Below, piece by piece: positions 1 through 12,310 of a stretch of 64,000 nucleotides of DNA. The translations under genes were made by a program, and so were the position numbers. Under the pieces are notes generated by a model. That model did not search any database. It saw nothing but the letters and a program-made list of their open reading frames with translations, and was not told where the DNA came from. How positions within the stretch are numbered: position 1 is the first letter of the stretch; each line of letters starts with the position of its first letter. This DNA comes from Microbotryum violaceum (taxonomy: Eukaryota), in assembly GCA_001244265.2 (NCBI GenBank), contig CDLV01000009.1:930001-994000 (forward strand), in the 5' to 3' direction.

Positions 1-436
1 GTGGTTTCGTGTGCACGTATCGAGATGCGCATGCACGATATTAAATCCGTTAGCGACCCAGTAGTAGTGAAGCCCCACTGGCCGACGGGCCTTCATCGGC
101 CTCTTACCTCTACCTTTGCCACGCACCGCTTACGCCGCGTTTCTAACGCTTCCGACTGCCGGCCCTTATTCTGGATACTTTGAGGACTCGTCGGTACGCT
201 GTACACCAACATAAAAGATACCCCTTAGGACGTTCTTCGCCTATTCCGCACCGCAACGCGATCGCATCACCACCTGAAGCCGAGCGATTCCACCCGCCGC
301 ATACAAGGACTCCCTACATCATCCGTCTATCTATCGCACCGTAATCCGACCCTAGCGCAACAAGAAGTAGTCCACTGCCTCACCTGCGCTCTCACGCCCA
401 TTCGATCGACGCATTTGCTCCCCCGCGTTCTCGGCG

Positions 437-1377
437 ATGGTGCAGCTGTTCGAAACGTCGTGCACATTCGGGTTCCCGTGGACGGCGCAGGTCTTTGCGG
501 TGCTCAACAAGTACCCGAACCCACTCGCGCCCCATGTCGTCAGCATCGACGTCATCAGTCGTACCATACTCGACGACGGCACCATACGTAGCGAGCGGCT
601 GTTAGGGTTGCAGCAGGATTCGCCCAAGTGGGTCAATCGGGTTAGTTCACACAAACCACCGAGCAGAATACTTTCGACCTCGAACACGCTCCGTGTGGTA
701 AATCAAATTTACAATCATCCCCTGCTGAACCTAATGAGCGACTCGCACAGATGCTCGGGTCACAAGACACGACCTATTGCCGCGAGGTGTCGTTCGTCGT
801 ACCTTCCTCCCTTGTAAATCCTGCCGTTTCCTCGACCGAAGCGACCTCTACATGCCACCTCGAGCCGCCCAAACTCCTCATGGCCTCGACCAACCTCACC
901 CTATCGCACATCATGCAGTGCCGCGAATCCATCTCCTACCTCCCACTACCATGGCCCCACGTACCCGAAAAGACCGTCGCACAACTCGCGCCTTCCTTAC
1001 TCTCCTCCTCGACCCCAAGACCCTCAACCTCTTCCTCTCCATCATATCCAACATCCCGCCATCCCCTCAGCCATCCTTCCTTACCCCCTTCGACACTCTT
1101 TTCCCAATCCGCCCTCATCTTCACCACCGGCAAACTCGCCGCCGAACCTTACCCACCAATAGGAATATCCGCCCACTCACCCATCAAACCCCGCTCCTTC
1201 CCATCGGCTTCAACGTTCCCACAACGAGCGGCGGGAAAAAAGATTGAACAATGGGCGCAGGGGAGATTCGAGATGAATGCCGATGGGGGGAGAGGCGCAA
1301 TGGAGTGGGCCGCCAAAAAGTTTTGGCAGCAGGAGTGGGACAACGTCTCGGCTGCATCGGCGGGGGCGTCGTATTAG
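437..1377 (+). CDS. PRELI/MSF1 (Ups1/Ups2-like) mitochondrial lipid transfer protein, 2 exons
   Basis: Exon 1 MVQLFETSCTFGFPW..KYPNPLAPHVVSIDVISRTILDDGTIRSERLLG..PKW is a PRELI signature. Intron gttagt(641)..ctaat..cacag(750). Exon 2 has YCREVSFV, STNLTLSHIMQCRESISY and IEQWAQGRFEMNADGGRGAMEW. Confidence 0.88.
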
Positions 1378-1830
1378 GGAGGAGCAGATCGGTGGAGAGT
1401 TATATAGTATTGGCCGGGAGGAAGGCGCAGATGTAATACGGAATAAAGTAGAGTATAAGGAAATCTTATGTCTCGCGAGCATACGAACGAACAGAGCTGA
1501 GGGGGCCGAGCGCGCGCGATCTCCGATGAGAACGAAGGTCGTCGGGATCCCTTCGTCCGTCGTTCGAGGCAATGTCCTTCGACCGTTATCCTCGCTAGCA
1601 TCTTCCTCCCGTTATCTGCTGGTCACCCACAACCCTCTTCTGCACAGCTCGCAGCACATTCTAGTCCTCCCGTTCATCCCGAGGTGAAACTCGACCAATC
1701 CTGACTGTTCGTACGACGTGTCGCTCGGAGTCGGCGCCAACCTCCACACTCGAACGAACGACTAACCGCCGAACGCCGGTGATAAAAATCGCACCTTACC
1801 GTAGACAGGAAGGAGACCTCCACACACAAG

Positions 1831-4800
1831 ATGCAACGCCTCCGTTCCATTCTCACATCGAAGAACCTGAATACCAATGACCCATGTCGTCCCACTTCAT
1901 ACCGCGTCAACCCAGCGTTCGAAGACGATCTCGACTCCGAGGACATCAACGCCCAACGTCGCGGCGCGGCCGGGCGTCATCACGGTCGAAAACACCTTTT
2001 CCGACGCTCTCGAGCCCTCCCGGACCATCGACCTCGTACATCTTCGACACTTCATAGAGGGACTTTCACGACGCTTATTTTGGCTCTACATATTTTGTCT
2101 TCGCCGATCGCGATTACCTTGCTTCAGATCCTTACAATCGTCCATTGTAACCAAACGGTCAAAGTTTTGGAGGGGTTTCAGGACGGGGCGTTCTTGCCTT
2201 TGAATGGGACTAGGGTGATTCGCCCCGTCACAGGGTCAGCAGATGGTGGGGTAGGATCTGCGAGGAGATCTCGAAGAACGACTGTGGTCTTCGAGGGGTT
2301 TGGATCGGCGGTGCCTTTGGCGGTTTCGGACCAGGAAGGCCATTCTTCGGCAAAGGAAGAAAGGAGTTTAAGCGGCGTGCGGGCCAGAATGTGGAAAAGA
2401 ACTTCCGGACTCGTGATTAACGAGCTTGAAGCATCAGCTTGGACTCTACAAGAATCCACCGACAATAATGGAGAGCTCATCGTCTCGGAAGCGTGTGCGA
2501 CCTACCTCGTGAGTGTCCTCACCGCCGCGTGGCTCGAAAACGAACAGGGGCTAGATGAACTCACCCTCTCACCTCCAAGCTTTCAGAACGAACCAATCGA
2601 ATGGATTGCGCGATTCAAGATCAGCTCTATGACGCTGACGATCTTCCAGATCTGGATGTTGGTCATCCTCGGCGTAGCGTGGTACCACGCTTCGAGTAGC
2701 CATCTCGGTGCGGTCGCACTGTCACAAACGCTGGTATCCTGCTTCGGTAGGTGATTGCAGGCGTGGGTGCCTCTGATAACGAAAGCTGAAGGAGGTGCGA
2801 TTCCTCACCTTGTCATTCCGCAGCCATCGCTCAAGCTGCTTTCACTTACGAGCACTATACGAGCTTCGCAAGTGGTATCTTACTTGGCCCTTGTTCGCTC
2901 GGGCAGCCGTTGATCCCGGGTGAGTCATCCTGCGATACATACTTCGCTGGTCTTCAAATTTAAGAGGGACCCAAGCCTTACGAACCGATTGGATGTCGGT
3001 CCACAGACTTTTGGTCCTTGATGGTCAAATCACAAATCGCTGTCGCCGTATTGCAGCTATTTGGATCCGTCGCAATCGCAGTTTTCGCGGTCAACTTCGC
3101 CAACGTGAGGCTGCGGTGGCCAAGCTTCAGAGAATGCAATCTCTCGTCTCTCCGATCCTGGACATTCATGCAACCTCACGGCCACTACGGGGCCTCGAAC
3201 GAGCCCTCGCAACACGCTCGTCTCCTCGTCTCCTCTTTCGAACTCCTCTCGACGTCTTCGATCTTTTTCGTCATTGCCTTCCAAGCCGTTTGGCTACGCG
3301 AGACTATACATCGCCCTTCTCCAGCATTTGACTTTGCACCGAATTGGCTCGGTGTGCCAGAACAAATTGGTGTAGGGGTTTTGATGGTTCTAGGAACGTA
3401 CGTTATGACCATGGGTCAGGTAGGACTGAGGTTTCGGTTCAGGTCGGTGATGGTCCTTTCGTTGTTGGGCAATGTTGCTTTTCTGTGAGTGACGCACTTT
3501 CTCGTTGGTACGTCAGGAGTTGTATTACTGATGTGCGCCGATCTCGCACTTAGCGTCCACACTAGTTGCCTTTTATCTCAATCGACGTTTCGCGTGGTCC
3601 AAGCTTCGTCTTCTTTCCTCTCATTCTTGCTCGTCATTTCAACCGCATTAGTCCTCCTTACTTTCGTCTTAGGGACTGCCACAACCTTTTCGAGACCAGT
3701 TTGGTCCTCTATCGGAACGGACGGGTCAGAAGGTGAGTTCACCTCAGTGCATGCTGAATTCCAGAAACCCGTGTTGACCCCGACCCTGACTCGGACCCCT
3801 CTATCATGGCCAGTCACTCAATCCGACAGCTCTTACGACGGAGATGCGAAATTATCTGGCTTACACCACTCCACCGCAGCTCCAAACGATCTCTCCTCCA
3901 CCGAAATAGTAGATTATCGTCGTCCCAAACCGGGCCAGGCTCATGTTCAATCGCACATTCTTAACCGCCCGCCGAGCACCAGCTATGCCTCCAACCACCC
4001 TCGGCACTCACGCCTCAGCTCCACCTCAACCATTAACACGACTGGAAAATGGAAGGAGTCCATCTTTGGCCAACAGAGATCCCGCTCGATGAGTTTGGAG
4101 CTGGCAACGTCGAGGATAATACCGTTACGATCATTGGGGTCTCAAACCCTCGTCCACATTGAGGCGCCTGCAACGCAGTCGCTGCGTTCCGAACGGATGA
4201 CCTCTGCAAGTGAAAGAGGGACTATCCTAGCCATGGCCAACGAAGACCTCATCGACGAAGACAAAGACGAAACAGACTTGTTTCGCCAAGTCACACCTCG
4301 GCGCCTGAGGAACCCCTCCAAAGCTTCGATCGACGTACCCATGCCCGCCATTCCGGATGAGGATACCTTGGGAGTTGGAGGGGACGATCCTTTTCGACCT
4401 GTTACACCGAGGAGATTTCGGCAGCCTTCGGTACCTTTGGACGCGGAGGATGCGGAGGATGCGGAGGACGCTGACGCCATCGTGGCGGGCGAGGTGGCGG
4501 TGAGAAGCTCGGCGCGAGGGGTCGATCCATTTAAGTGGACGACGGCCGAGCCATTTGCCACCACCACAGCTTCAAAGGACGAACTTTCAACACACTCAAA
4601 AATTACTCCTGAATCAGGGTTGATCCTCTCCCCGACCCAAGCCACACCTTCCTCGCCTTCCCCGACGCGTTCAGTCCGAGCTCCTAAAGGCCCACCCACC
4701 AGCTCCGCCGTCCCCATACCCAACCTCAAGTTTCCCCTCTCCCATCTCAGTCTTTCGGATTTCCTATTCCAAACGCCCTTGAATGCACCCACTCCCATTC

Positions 4801-5195
4801 CCGTCCCTGTTCCGATCCTTAAAATCACCGATGCTCAAGATTGTCGTGGCCATGGCAGCGAACACGATGTTCCTTTACGACCACTTCCCCAGGCTCAGAT
4901 TTACGATCGGTCGAAGACACATCGGGTGAGGTCGGCTGTCCAGCAGGGAGGGCAAGTCAAGTCGTCGGATGAACGACCTTTTACTCAACCGAGTAAGGAG
5001 CATTCTACGATGGGCTACAAACCTCTCCAAGATGCGTCCATCCAACTTCACCAGGAGGATCGCGCAAACTCCAAGTCTTCGGCCACCCCTACACCTTTAG
5101 GTCCTGAACCGACGGATCGAAGGGAAAGCGTTTTGGACCGCCCTCATCCACTCGTGTACGAACGTTGGACGGTCAATTGGCCTGCACTCGAGTAG
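1831..5195 (+). CDS. Hypothetical multi-pass membrane protein with long Ser/Pro-rich disordered C-terminal tail (about 4 exons)
   Basis: Consecutive + ORFs (1831-2754, about 2824-2920, 3018-3488, 3489-5195) with several hydrophobic segments, linked by GT-AG-like gaps. No family recognised. Confidence 0.6.
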
Positions 5196-5870
5196 AACAC
5201 ACCGACACCCACACACCCACACACCCACATCCTTAGCCTCTGTAGACCTATCACCAGTTCCCATCATCTGTCAATATACTTTTTACCACTTTGAACTTCC
5301 CCGCTACGGAGCTCAAGAGACTGATCAGAGAAGCTGGGCACCTAATACATTGGTTTCTTCTATATCATATGGTTGTGCGACGTTTCGTTAGGACAGACCG
5401 AAGAAGCAAAGAAAAACTATCGCCCCTCCAAGGAAACCCTCGAGGTGAAAGAAGAAAAGGAAAAGGGGGTCCAAAAAAGCCCTAGCACGGAGGGAAAAGG
5501 AACGTATGAAAGCGGGTGACGGTTGACACAATGTCACACGGGGGCTTGAGAACGAGGAACTTGAACTACTCGGGACAAAGATGCGGCGCGGGGTATATAC
5601 CAGAGAGGATGAAGCTGCCGTAGGTCGAGAGGTTCCAACGGACAGAGATGGTCATTAAGAGGCATTACTGACATCGAGAGTCCAGACATAATTCATGGCG
5701 GGTGGGGCTGAGTGTGCCGAAAGCTGGAACGATGATGGAAGTGTGCAGAAGCGGGGTTATTCGTAGAAGCGAATGTGGAGGAGGCAACGGTGCCGTAGGT
5801 TAGAACGAGGATAAAGTCCAAGACCCCAATGAAAGAGTGTTCGGAAGCGTTCGTGGCTGTCGACGATCGA

Positions 5871-7083
5871 TCACAGGATAGAGCAACCCCTCGGAAGCCT
5901 GTTCTTTTTCCCACCCGCTACCTTTGACCCCGGTGTCGTGCCTTCACGTTGTGCTCGGACTGCCACGGTTGAACACAGATAGTCAGCCTCTTCCCTCTCC
6001 TCCAATCGCGATGGGCAGTGCACTCACTCATCCTGACGACGGTGTAGTAAGCCAACTCGAGATTGAGCCTCGTCTTGGCACTTGTTTCGACAAACTCGCA
6101 CCCCAACTTCTTGGCCAAGGCCTGGCCCTCGTCCCTACCAACCTCACGTTCGTTGGCGCGATCGGCCTTGTTGCCGACGAGGACGACTGGGATTGTTTCA
6201 GAGTCCTTGACGCGCGTGATCTGATGCCTGAACCGTTCGATGCGTTCGAACGTGGCGCGAGCGGTGATGGAATAGACGAGTACGAAACCTTCTCCTTCCC
6301 TGTGAGTACGGGGTGCGAGGAGCTCATGGTCAGTGAGCGAATCTCTGAGACGTAAGTAGGGTAAGAGCTCGTACCGAATCCATTGATCCCTCAGTGCTGT
6401 GTACTCCTCTGCAGATTGAAGCAACCGCCGGACAATTGTCAGTGGTCGATTCTGCCTTTTTCTTAAATCGCGCGTGCCTAGACCGTACCTTGTCCAGCTG
6501 TATCGAGGATTTCGAGCAGATAGGGCTGATCATCAATGATAGCATGTTTACGATACGAGTCTTCTGTGGTATGGGTTAGGGCGTTATCGAGCAGCGTGTC
6601 AGCGTTGGGCTACCCAGCGGGCTCGGACGGCGGGCGCGGGGGGTGGGCACGTGACTCGGCACTCCTGCGCGAGCACATGCGAGCACAATGCAGGGGCTGG
6701 GATGGAGGGCGGCGGTGGGGCGAGGGTCTCGCGTGGGGGCCCTCGATCGAGTTGAGCCCGAGCTTAAGCCAACTAACCAATCGTAGGGTCGTATGTCTAC
6801 CGAGGGTGAACAGATGGTGGTCAGTGTATTTGTACTCGCACAGCTGCGCGGCACAGTCGTCCTCGATCGCATTCGACGGGTCGTTGTCGTTGTCAAGCTA
6901 AGCGCTCTGAAACGAGCATGCTCACCTCTGTCAAACCAGCCAAGTAGGTCAGTACAAGTCCGAGTATGACATCGTCTCGCGTCCAGACTGACCAATGAAA
7001 TGATTCAAACACAGCTGGATCGTCAACGCGGTCTTGCCCACTCCACCGTCGCCCAACACCACGATCTTGCAGCTCATCACCAT
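5871..7083 (-). CDS. RAS2: Ras-family small GTPase (fungal Ras2-like); a further 5' exon is possible
   Basis: Spliced translation [87 protein letters not shown]. Ends in CAAX motif CSIL with stop at 5871-5873. Confidence 0.93.
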
Positions 7084-7227
7084 ACTGGGCCAGTGAGCTG
7101 ATCAGCGAGTGAGCCGTAGCGTGGTAATGCAGGTTCCGATACGCGTTGCGCTGTGACTTGTCAGGAATGAACCCTCAACGGGAACTCGGGGCGCGGTTCC
7201 GACTGTGGAGCGGCGTAGCGGGGGCAG

Positions 7228-7268
7228 GCGGTGGCACTGCGGTGGCACTGCGGTGGCACTGCGGTGGC
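7228..7268. repeat. 11-bp tandem repeat (GCGGTGGCACT)x3.7 upstream of Ras2
   Basis: Read directly in the sequence. Confidence 0.9.
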
Positions 7269-7878
7269 CAGTCGGGTCGAACACGACTAGGGCGGTGCGA
7301 GCGAGCGGGTGGGTTGGTGGCGAGAGTAGTGTACGCAGCAAGGGAGCCCAGTCGAAAGGGGTGGATGACGAGAGCGATAAAAGATTTGCGGAGGGCGGAT
7401 CGAGTGGCGTGAGAATAAGAACAAAAAAAGGTGCACAGAGATTGCGGTGCAAGAGGAGCTAGTTTGGGGTCTCGTCCTGTCTCGTCGACACACATCACGC
7501 GCACCGGCGCAGTATCGGCGCAGCCGGCGCCCCTGCCCCACGTCGTCCAACAATTACAACTACTTTGGCACGGTGCCATTTTCATGCCTCAGTCAGCATG
7601 ACCGTCCTTCCAGCAGCACGAGGAGAGATCTCGGATATCTACAGAGAATATGTGATGAACAGGAATATCCTCCGTCGGATTCATCTGTTACAATACACTG
7701 CAACAGATATACTACGGCGATTCAACTCCGCGTAGGAACCACGGATTCGTTGAAATGGCCGAGGCGATTAATTAGCGATCAGGGAAACCAGCCACCATCT
7801 TTTTCGCGCAGGTCAGGTGTCCCCGCATCCCATCGATTTCAGATGCTATTTAAGTCAAGCTTGATTGCATAGACCGCC

Positions 7879-9390
7879 TCATACTCCAAGTTCCACTACC
7901 TCGGTCCCACCCGCGGACTTGCGAGCGCGTTCCATCACCGCCAACCCAACCCCTGTCTGCTCGATCGCCTCGATCAGAATAAGGTCGACCCCGACGGTTG
8001 TCACATCCGCATCGCTGCCTCCATCCTTTGATACAAGACCATTCGAGGCTGGTAATGAATCGAGGTATCGTAGTCCTGCAAAAAGTCGTTGTCCAGCCTC
8101 GATCGGTCGAGAGCGGGAACCCAAAGGGTACGAGTAAAATTTGGGTAGTGTGGGCATCCCGCTGTCATTGACTGAGGAAGCCTTCGACGATCTGTTCATT
8201 CCCAAGGTGACGAGGGAACAGCTTGAACAAAACTCTTGTGTTGTCGTGGGTGACAGTCGTTCCATCGAGTCCGAGCACAGCATCAATCCGACTCTCTCGA
8301 CCCTTCCATCCGGCCCTTGCTCCCGTATCCGCTCAATCAACTCGTTCAACCCCAGCGCTGCCTTTGATTCCGAGAGCCGGACGAGAACGACTTTGGAATG
8401 TGTGGGCGCATAGTGCTTGTACTTCATCCCCGGCGTGGTCGGCTTGGCCTCGAGTTCGCTCGATTTGAAATCCCTCGCGTAGACTTGTACCCGACCTCTC
8501 CCCTTCTGCTTCCCCTTGCCTTTATCTCCAAATCCCCCACCGAACCCGGCTTCCGCTAAGCACTCTTCAATCTCTTCGGCCGTCACGCCTCCGGCCCTGA
8601 GGATTCTCAACTGCCCGACACTATCCTCCTCTCCACGTTCGTTCCCTCCCGACCTCACCCAATCCACCACCGTACTCTCCACTCCGACCGTACACTCCCC
8701 ACCATCGAAAATAGCTCCCAATCCCCTCCCCTTCCCCAAATCGAATTCGACATGTTTCACACTCGTCGGGCTAGGGCGTGAGCTCAAATTCGCCGACGGA
8801 GCTGCCAGCGGTCGATCGGCTTCTTGAATCAATCGAAGCGCCAAAGGATGACTTGGCATCCTCAATGCCAAACTAGGTTGTCCTGCCGTCACTTCTTGAG
8901 CGACTCGGTTCTTCGGTGGCCCATGAACGTCTTCCTCCAACGGAAAGATCAACGTCAATGACCCAGGCCAGAACTTTCGCATCAAGGGACGATAGATGGC
9001 GGGGATAGCCTTTTCGGCTCCAGGTAGAAGATCGAGCATCATTTGGTGGGATGAGACATGAACGATGAGGGGGTTGTCGGAAGGCCTTCCTTTGGCGGCG
9101 TAAATGGATCGAACGGCGGAGGAGGAAAGGGCCGAGGCGCCCAGACCGTAGACAGTTTCGGTCGGGAAAGCGACGAGGCCCCCTGAGCGGAGGATCGAGG
9201 CTGCTTCGGCGATTGCGCTCGGAGAAGAATCAGAGAGGATGGGCGCAGTCGGTTCAGCTACGTAGGAGCTTGTTATTGGAGATTCCATGAGCATAATGTT
9301 GGTAGAGGACAAGGATATGGAGGTCGGATCGGACGATGACTTGAGAAGGGACGACGGGGTGCGCAGGACACGGGCCAAGGTGCGTTGCAT
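7879..9390 (-). CDS. SUA5: Threonylcarbamoyl-AMP synthase Sua5 (single exon)
   Basis: LVAFPTETVYGLGA, IYAAKGRPSDNPLIVH, FWPGSLT, LAAPSANLSSRPSPT, GVESTVVD, PGMKYKHYAP, GLAVMERARKSA. The N-terminus resembles a mitochondrial presequence. Confidence 0.96.
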   Translation of the reverse strand: MQRTLARVLRTPSSLLKSSSDPTSISLSSTNIMLMESPITSSYVAEPTAPILSDSSPSAIAEAASILRSGGLVAFPTETVYGLGASALSSSAVRSIYAAKGRPSDNPLIVHVSSHQMMLDLLPGAEKAIPAIYRPLMRKFWPGSLTLIFPLEEDVHGPPKNRVAQEVTAGQPSLALRMPSHPLALRLIQEADRPLAAPSANLSSRPSPTSVKHVEFDLGKGRGLGAIFDGGECTVGVESTVVDWVRSGGNERGEEDSVGQLRILRAGGVTAEEIEECLAEAGFGGGFGDKGKGKQKGRGRVQVYARDFKSSELEAKPTTPGMKYKHYAPTHSKVVLVRLSESKAALGLNELIERIREQGPDGRVERVGLMLCSDSMERLSPTTTQEFCSSCSLVTLGMNRSSKASSVNDSGMPTLPKFYSYPLGSRSRPIEAGQRLFAGLRYLDSLPASNGLVSKDGGSDADVTTVGVDLILIEAIEQTGVGLAVMERARKSAGGTEVVELGV

Positions 9391-9962
9391 CCACTTGCGA
9401 CGAATTAACAGTGCTTGAAGTCCTTCGATTATATTCAGACTAGGGTATATATAGGCCTGGTCAACTCATGTGCTCCAGCATCGACGACGAAGGGTCGCTC
9501 CAGCTCCAACTCGACGTAGAGTTGCGAAGGTCAAAACGTGATATGGCAAGTGCCGGAGAAACGAGGGGAGGCCACAGGATGATAGATGACATGACTGACC
9601 TGAGAAACAAATGACCTGCCGTGCTCTCAGAATTACCGTGCCAATCAATCGGGCGTTTCAGCAGGGATGCATATGACGAGGCGACGGACAGGAAGCAACG
9701 TGGTCATCCACCAAACGTCGCGCGAAGGAACCCATTACTAATGCTGATCCGGTCTCACCGTTCGTAGTCTGGGTGCTGTTGCAGTGGTTGGTATATTCGC
9801 ACAAGCTCGACACAGAATAATTCTTTTAAGACCCCTTCAAACAGAGCCTCAAAGTAGTTCACGCAGTGGCTACAGCTTGTGAGTTGCAATTTGTAGTCGA
9901 ATCTTGTCGGATCACGTGACCCTATCATGACGACATCCTGTTGGTAATATCGAACCTGCCCA

Positions 9963-11254
9963 TCATCGAGCCACCAACGATTGCAGCAAAAGCTTCCAGG
10001 TCTCTTTCCTCGAAACCACACTACTCCACCTCGTGTCATTATGCAAAATATTCATCCCTGTTTCGGCGTCGATGAGCGAGAAATTCTCCGAAGGTGTTTC
10101 GGCCGAGGCGAAGGGCGAGTCAAAGTCCTGCACTTGGTCGTACAGGGATTTGTCACTCCCCGACGTTGGGATCTGTACCAAGGAAATATGGCAGCATCAG
10201 AAACCATTGCATCGATCGGGGGATCCGCCTCGGACCCAGACTCGCGTTCAATTCGGCAAAGGGATAAGGCCCGAAGACCAATCCTTTACACCGCTCTATA
10301 ACAGGCTTGCTCGTCACATGTAACATGATTATTGTATTTTTCGAGTCGTGCATCCGAAACTGGACCGAGTCAAATCTGTGTCAGGTGTCGCCCTGCCGAG
10401 AGCCTCGGGAGACTGGTCGACGCGGTGGGACTTACCTGATGAGACCCCAAAAAGATGACACAATCGTGGCAGTCGTGGACCATGATCGATCCCGATATAG
10501 GTGGGACGATAATACAACTCTTCCGAATGCCATAAAGGTAAAGGGCCGAAAATGATGTGGGTTGGGAGTTGGAAAGGTCCACGAACGAGTTTTCCAAATC
10601 CGCGAGCAACAGGGCTTGCGATGCTGATGTCGAGGGGAGGTCTTGCGAGCAGAGGTAGCACTCGCTTTTGCCGCTCATAGTGAGCGAGGTGGAGGGGATG
10701 TTGTGAGGTTTCCGACGGTGACTGTCGGCGCCCGGTGGTGCAGCAGGCGGTTGATCCGAGATCGGCTGCGGAAGTTTTGGTGGGGCCGACTTGGGCTCGG
10801 TCTTTCGAAAGCTGAATTTGGACTTTGTCGTCGATAGTCCTCCTTTGGATCTAGACACCGCTTCTTGGACGGCTTTAATTTCCTATAAAACAATCCAAAA
10901 AAGTGATGAGCTGCGGCACCGCATCCCACCCCTCTTCGGCGGAAGTCACAGCCTGACTGACTCGCTCACACCGGCCCAATTCAAACACTGGTATCCTATC
11001 AGCGTTCTGACTCAGTTCCTGCTTGAGCTGTTGCATTGATCTCGACAGTTCGTCGAGTTGGGTTGGTGATGGCGATGAGTTCGTAGCGTTCAGAGTCGCT
11101 CGAAGCTCTGATGGGGACATCGGGGATCAGTTCATTGCGTGTTCCCATGCAGCGCATACGCCCTCTAGACAGGATTACGATCAACTTCACTCTTGAGCTC
11201 ATTGAACCATCGTGCAACGAATTCGACTCGAGTTTCTTCTTCTGCTTCCTGCAT
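9963..11254 (-). CDS. Tubulin-specific chaperone C (TBCC/Cin2-like), multi-exon
   Basis: Helical N-terminus (..QELSQNADRIPVFELGRCE), KSKFSFRK, then C-CAP/cofactor C-like motifs SGSIMVHDCHDCVIFLGSHQ-FRMHDSKNTIIMLHVTSKPVIERC..FGPYP..YDQVQDFD..PSENFS. Start taken at MQEAEEE (11254). Confidence 0.85.
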
Positions 11255-12310
11255 CCTCGCCTGCAACTGGTGGGGTCTGATTCGCAAACGTCGTGTCGTA
11301 CGGTCACTGGCAGGCACAAGACTCGTGCTGAGATGATGGCTCGTCCTTTGTCGGAGGCTTCGGTGATGACCTGGAAGACTGATGGGACCCGCGGTTCCGA
11401 GTGCGGATGGGCTCGACGACGTGCGCGGTAGCTCACAAAGCACAAAGCTCAACTTCCTCCGATGCGATCTTGCTTAGTTGCGCCGAGAATCTATTGACGC
11501 CTTGTGTTACAGGAAACTATTATCGCATGCGCTGGATTGACCATCGATGGCGCACTATGATCTGCTGCATAGGAAAAAGCTTGAGACAGAGGAAAATTGA
11601 GGACAAATTGCAGATTCGTTGGCAGAGCGGCCAGCGCACGGACCTCCTGAGTAGGTCTGGCCCGCGGCCTTTAATTTAGCCCGCTCTTCCGTCTTTGCGC
11701 ATCATTCATTTGCTCACCCCCGAAGAGGCTGAAAGGAGGAAAACACTGGGGGATATCGGAAGAATTGGAATTTATTAACTTGAGCTTGAACTTAGGCCTA
11801 CGACTTGAACCTACTTCAGATCGATTAGGTGGTGATCCCCACGTGCCAACTTGCCGATGTTCCCGTGCGTGGACTACCGTATCAAACCGGATTGATGATG
11901 ATCGCTCATGTGATTTGGAATGCCCAGAACCGAAAGCCATCATCGGCATTAGAGGAAGTACGTTCGCCTGACGGCACGCCACTACTTGCCCAATAATTAT
12001 GTCAAACTGCCGCTGGACACCGGCTTGGCGGTGATGACTCTGCTATGCACGACAGCAGGCCAGGGCGGAGACGGAGACAGTCGACTTCGGCGATAAATTG
12101 ATACGCTTCCGACTCGAACTCGCGAGTAACTCGCGGCGCAATTTCGGTGACTACCCCGCTTCCTCCCAGGCGCACTCTCCCTCCCTCGCCCCATCCTCGT
12201 TCCCGGGACACCCGAACCCGAAGTCTTTGCCCGCCCCAGTATCTACGTTCATACGGAAAACTCTCCCTGTACTCCACTGTGCCCATTCGTACTGAACGAG
12301 ATCAAAGCGA

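Noticed and set aside
4142-4828. 228-aa - strand ORF and other long antisense ORFs (e.g. 26940-27629, 35273-35782, 47495-48016, 48201-48851, 49480-49959)
   Set aside because: They overlap better-supported genes on the opposite strand, as expected in GC-rich coding DNA.
5199-5229. CA-rich ACACCCAC repeat resembling a telomere seed
   Set aside because: It is a short 3' UTR microsatellite in an internal position, with no TTAGGG array.
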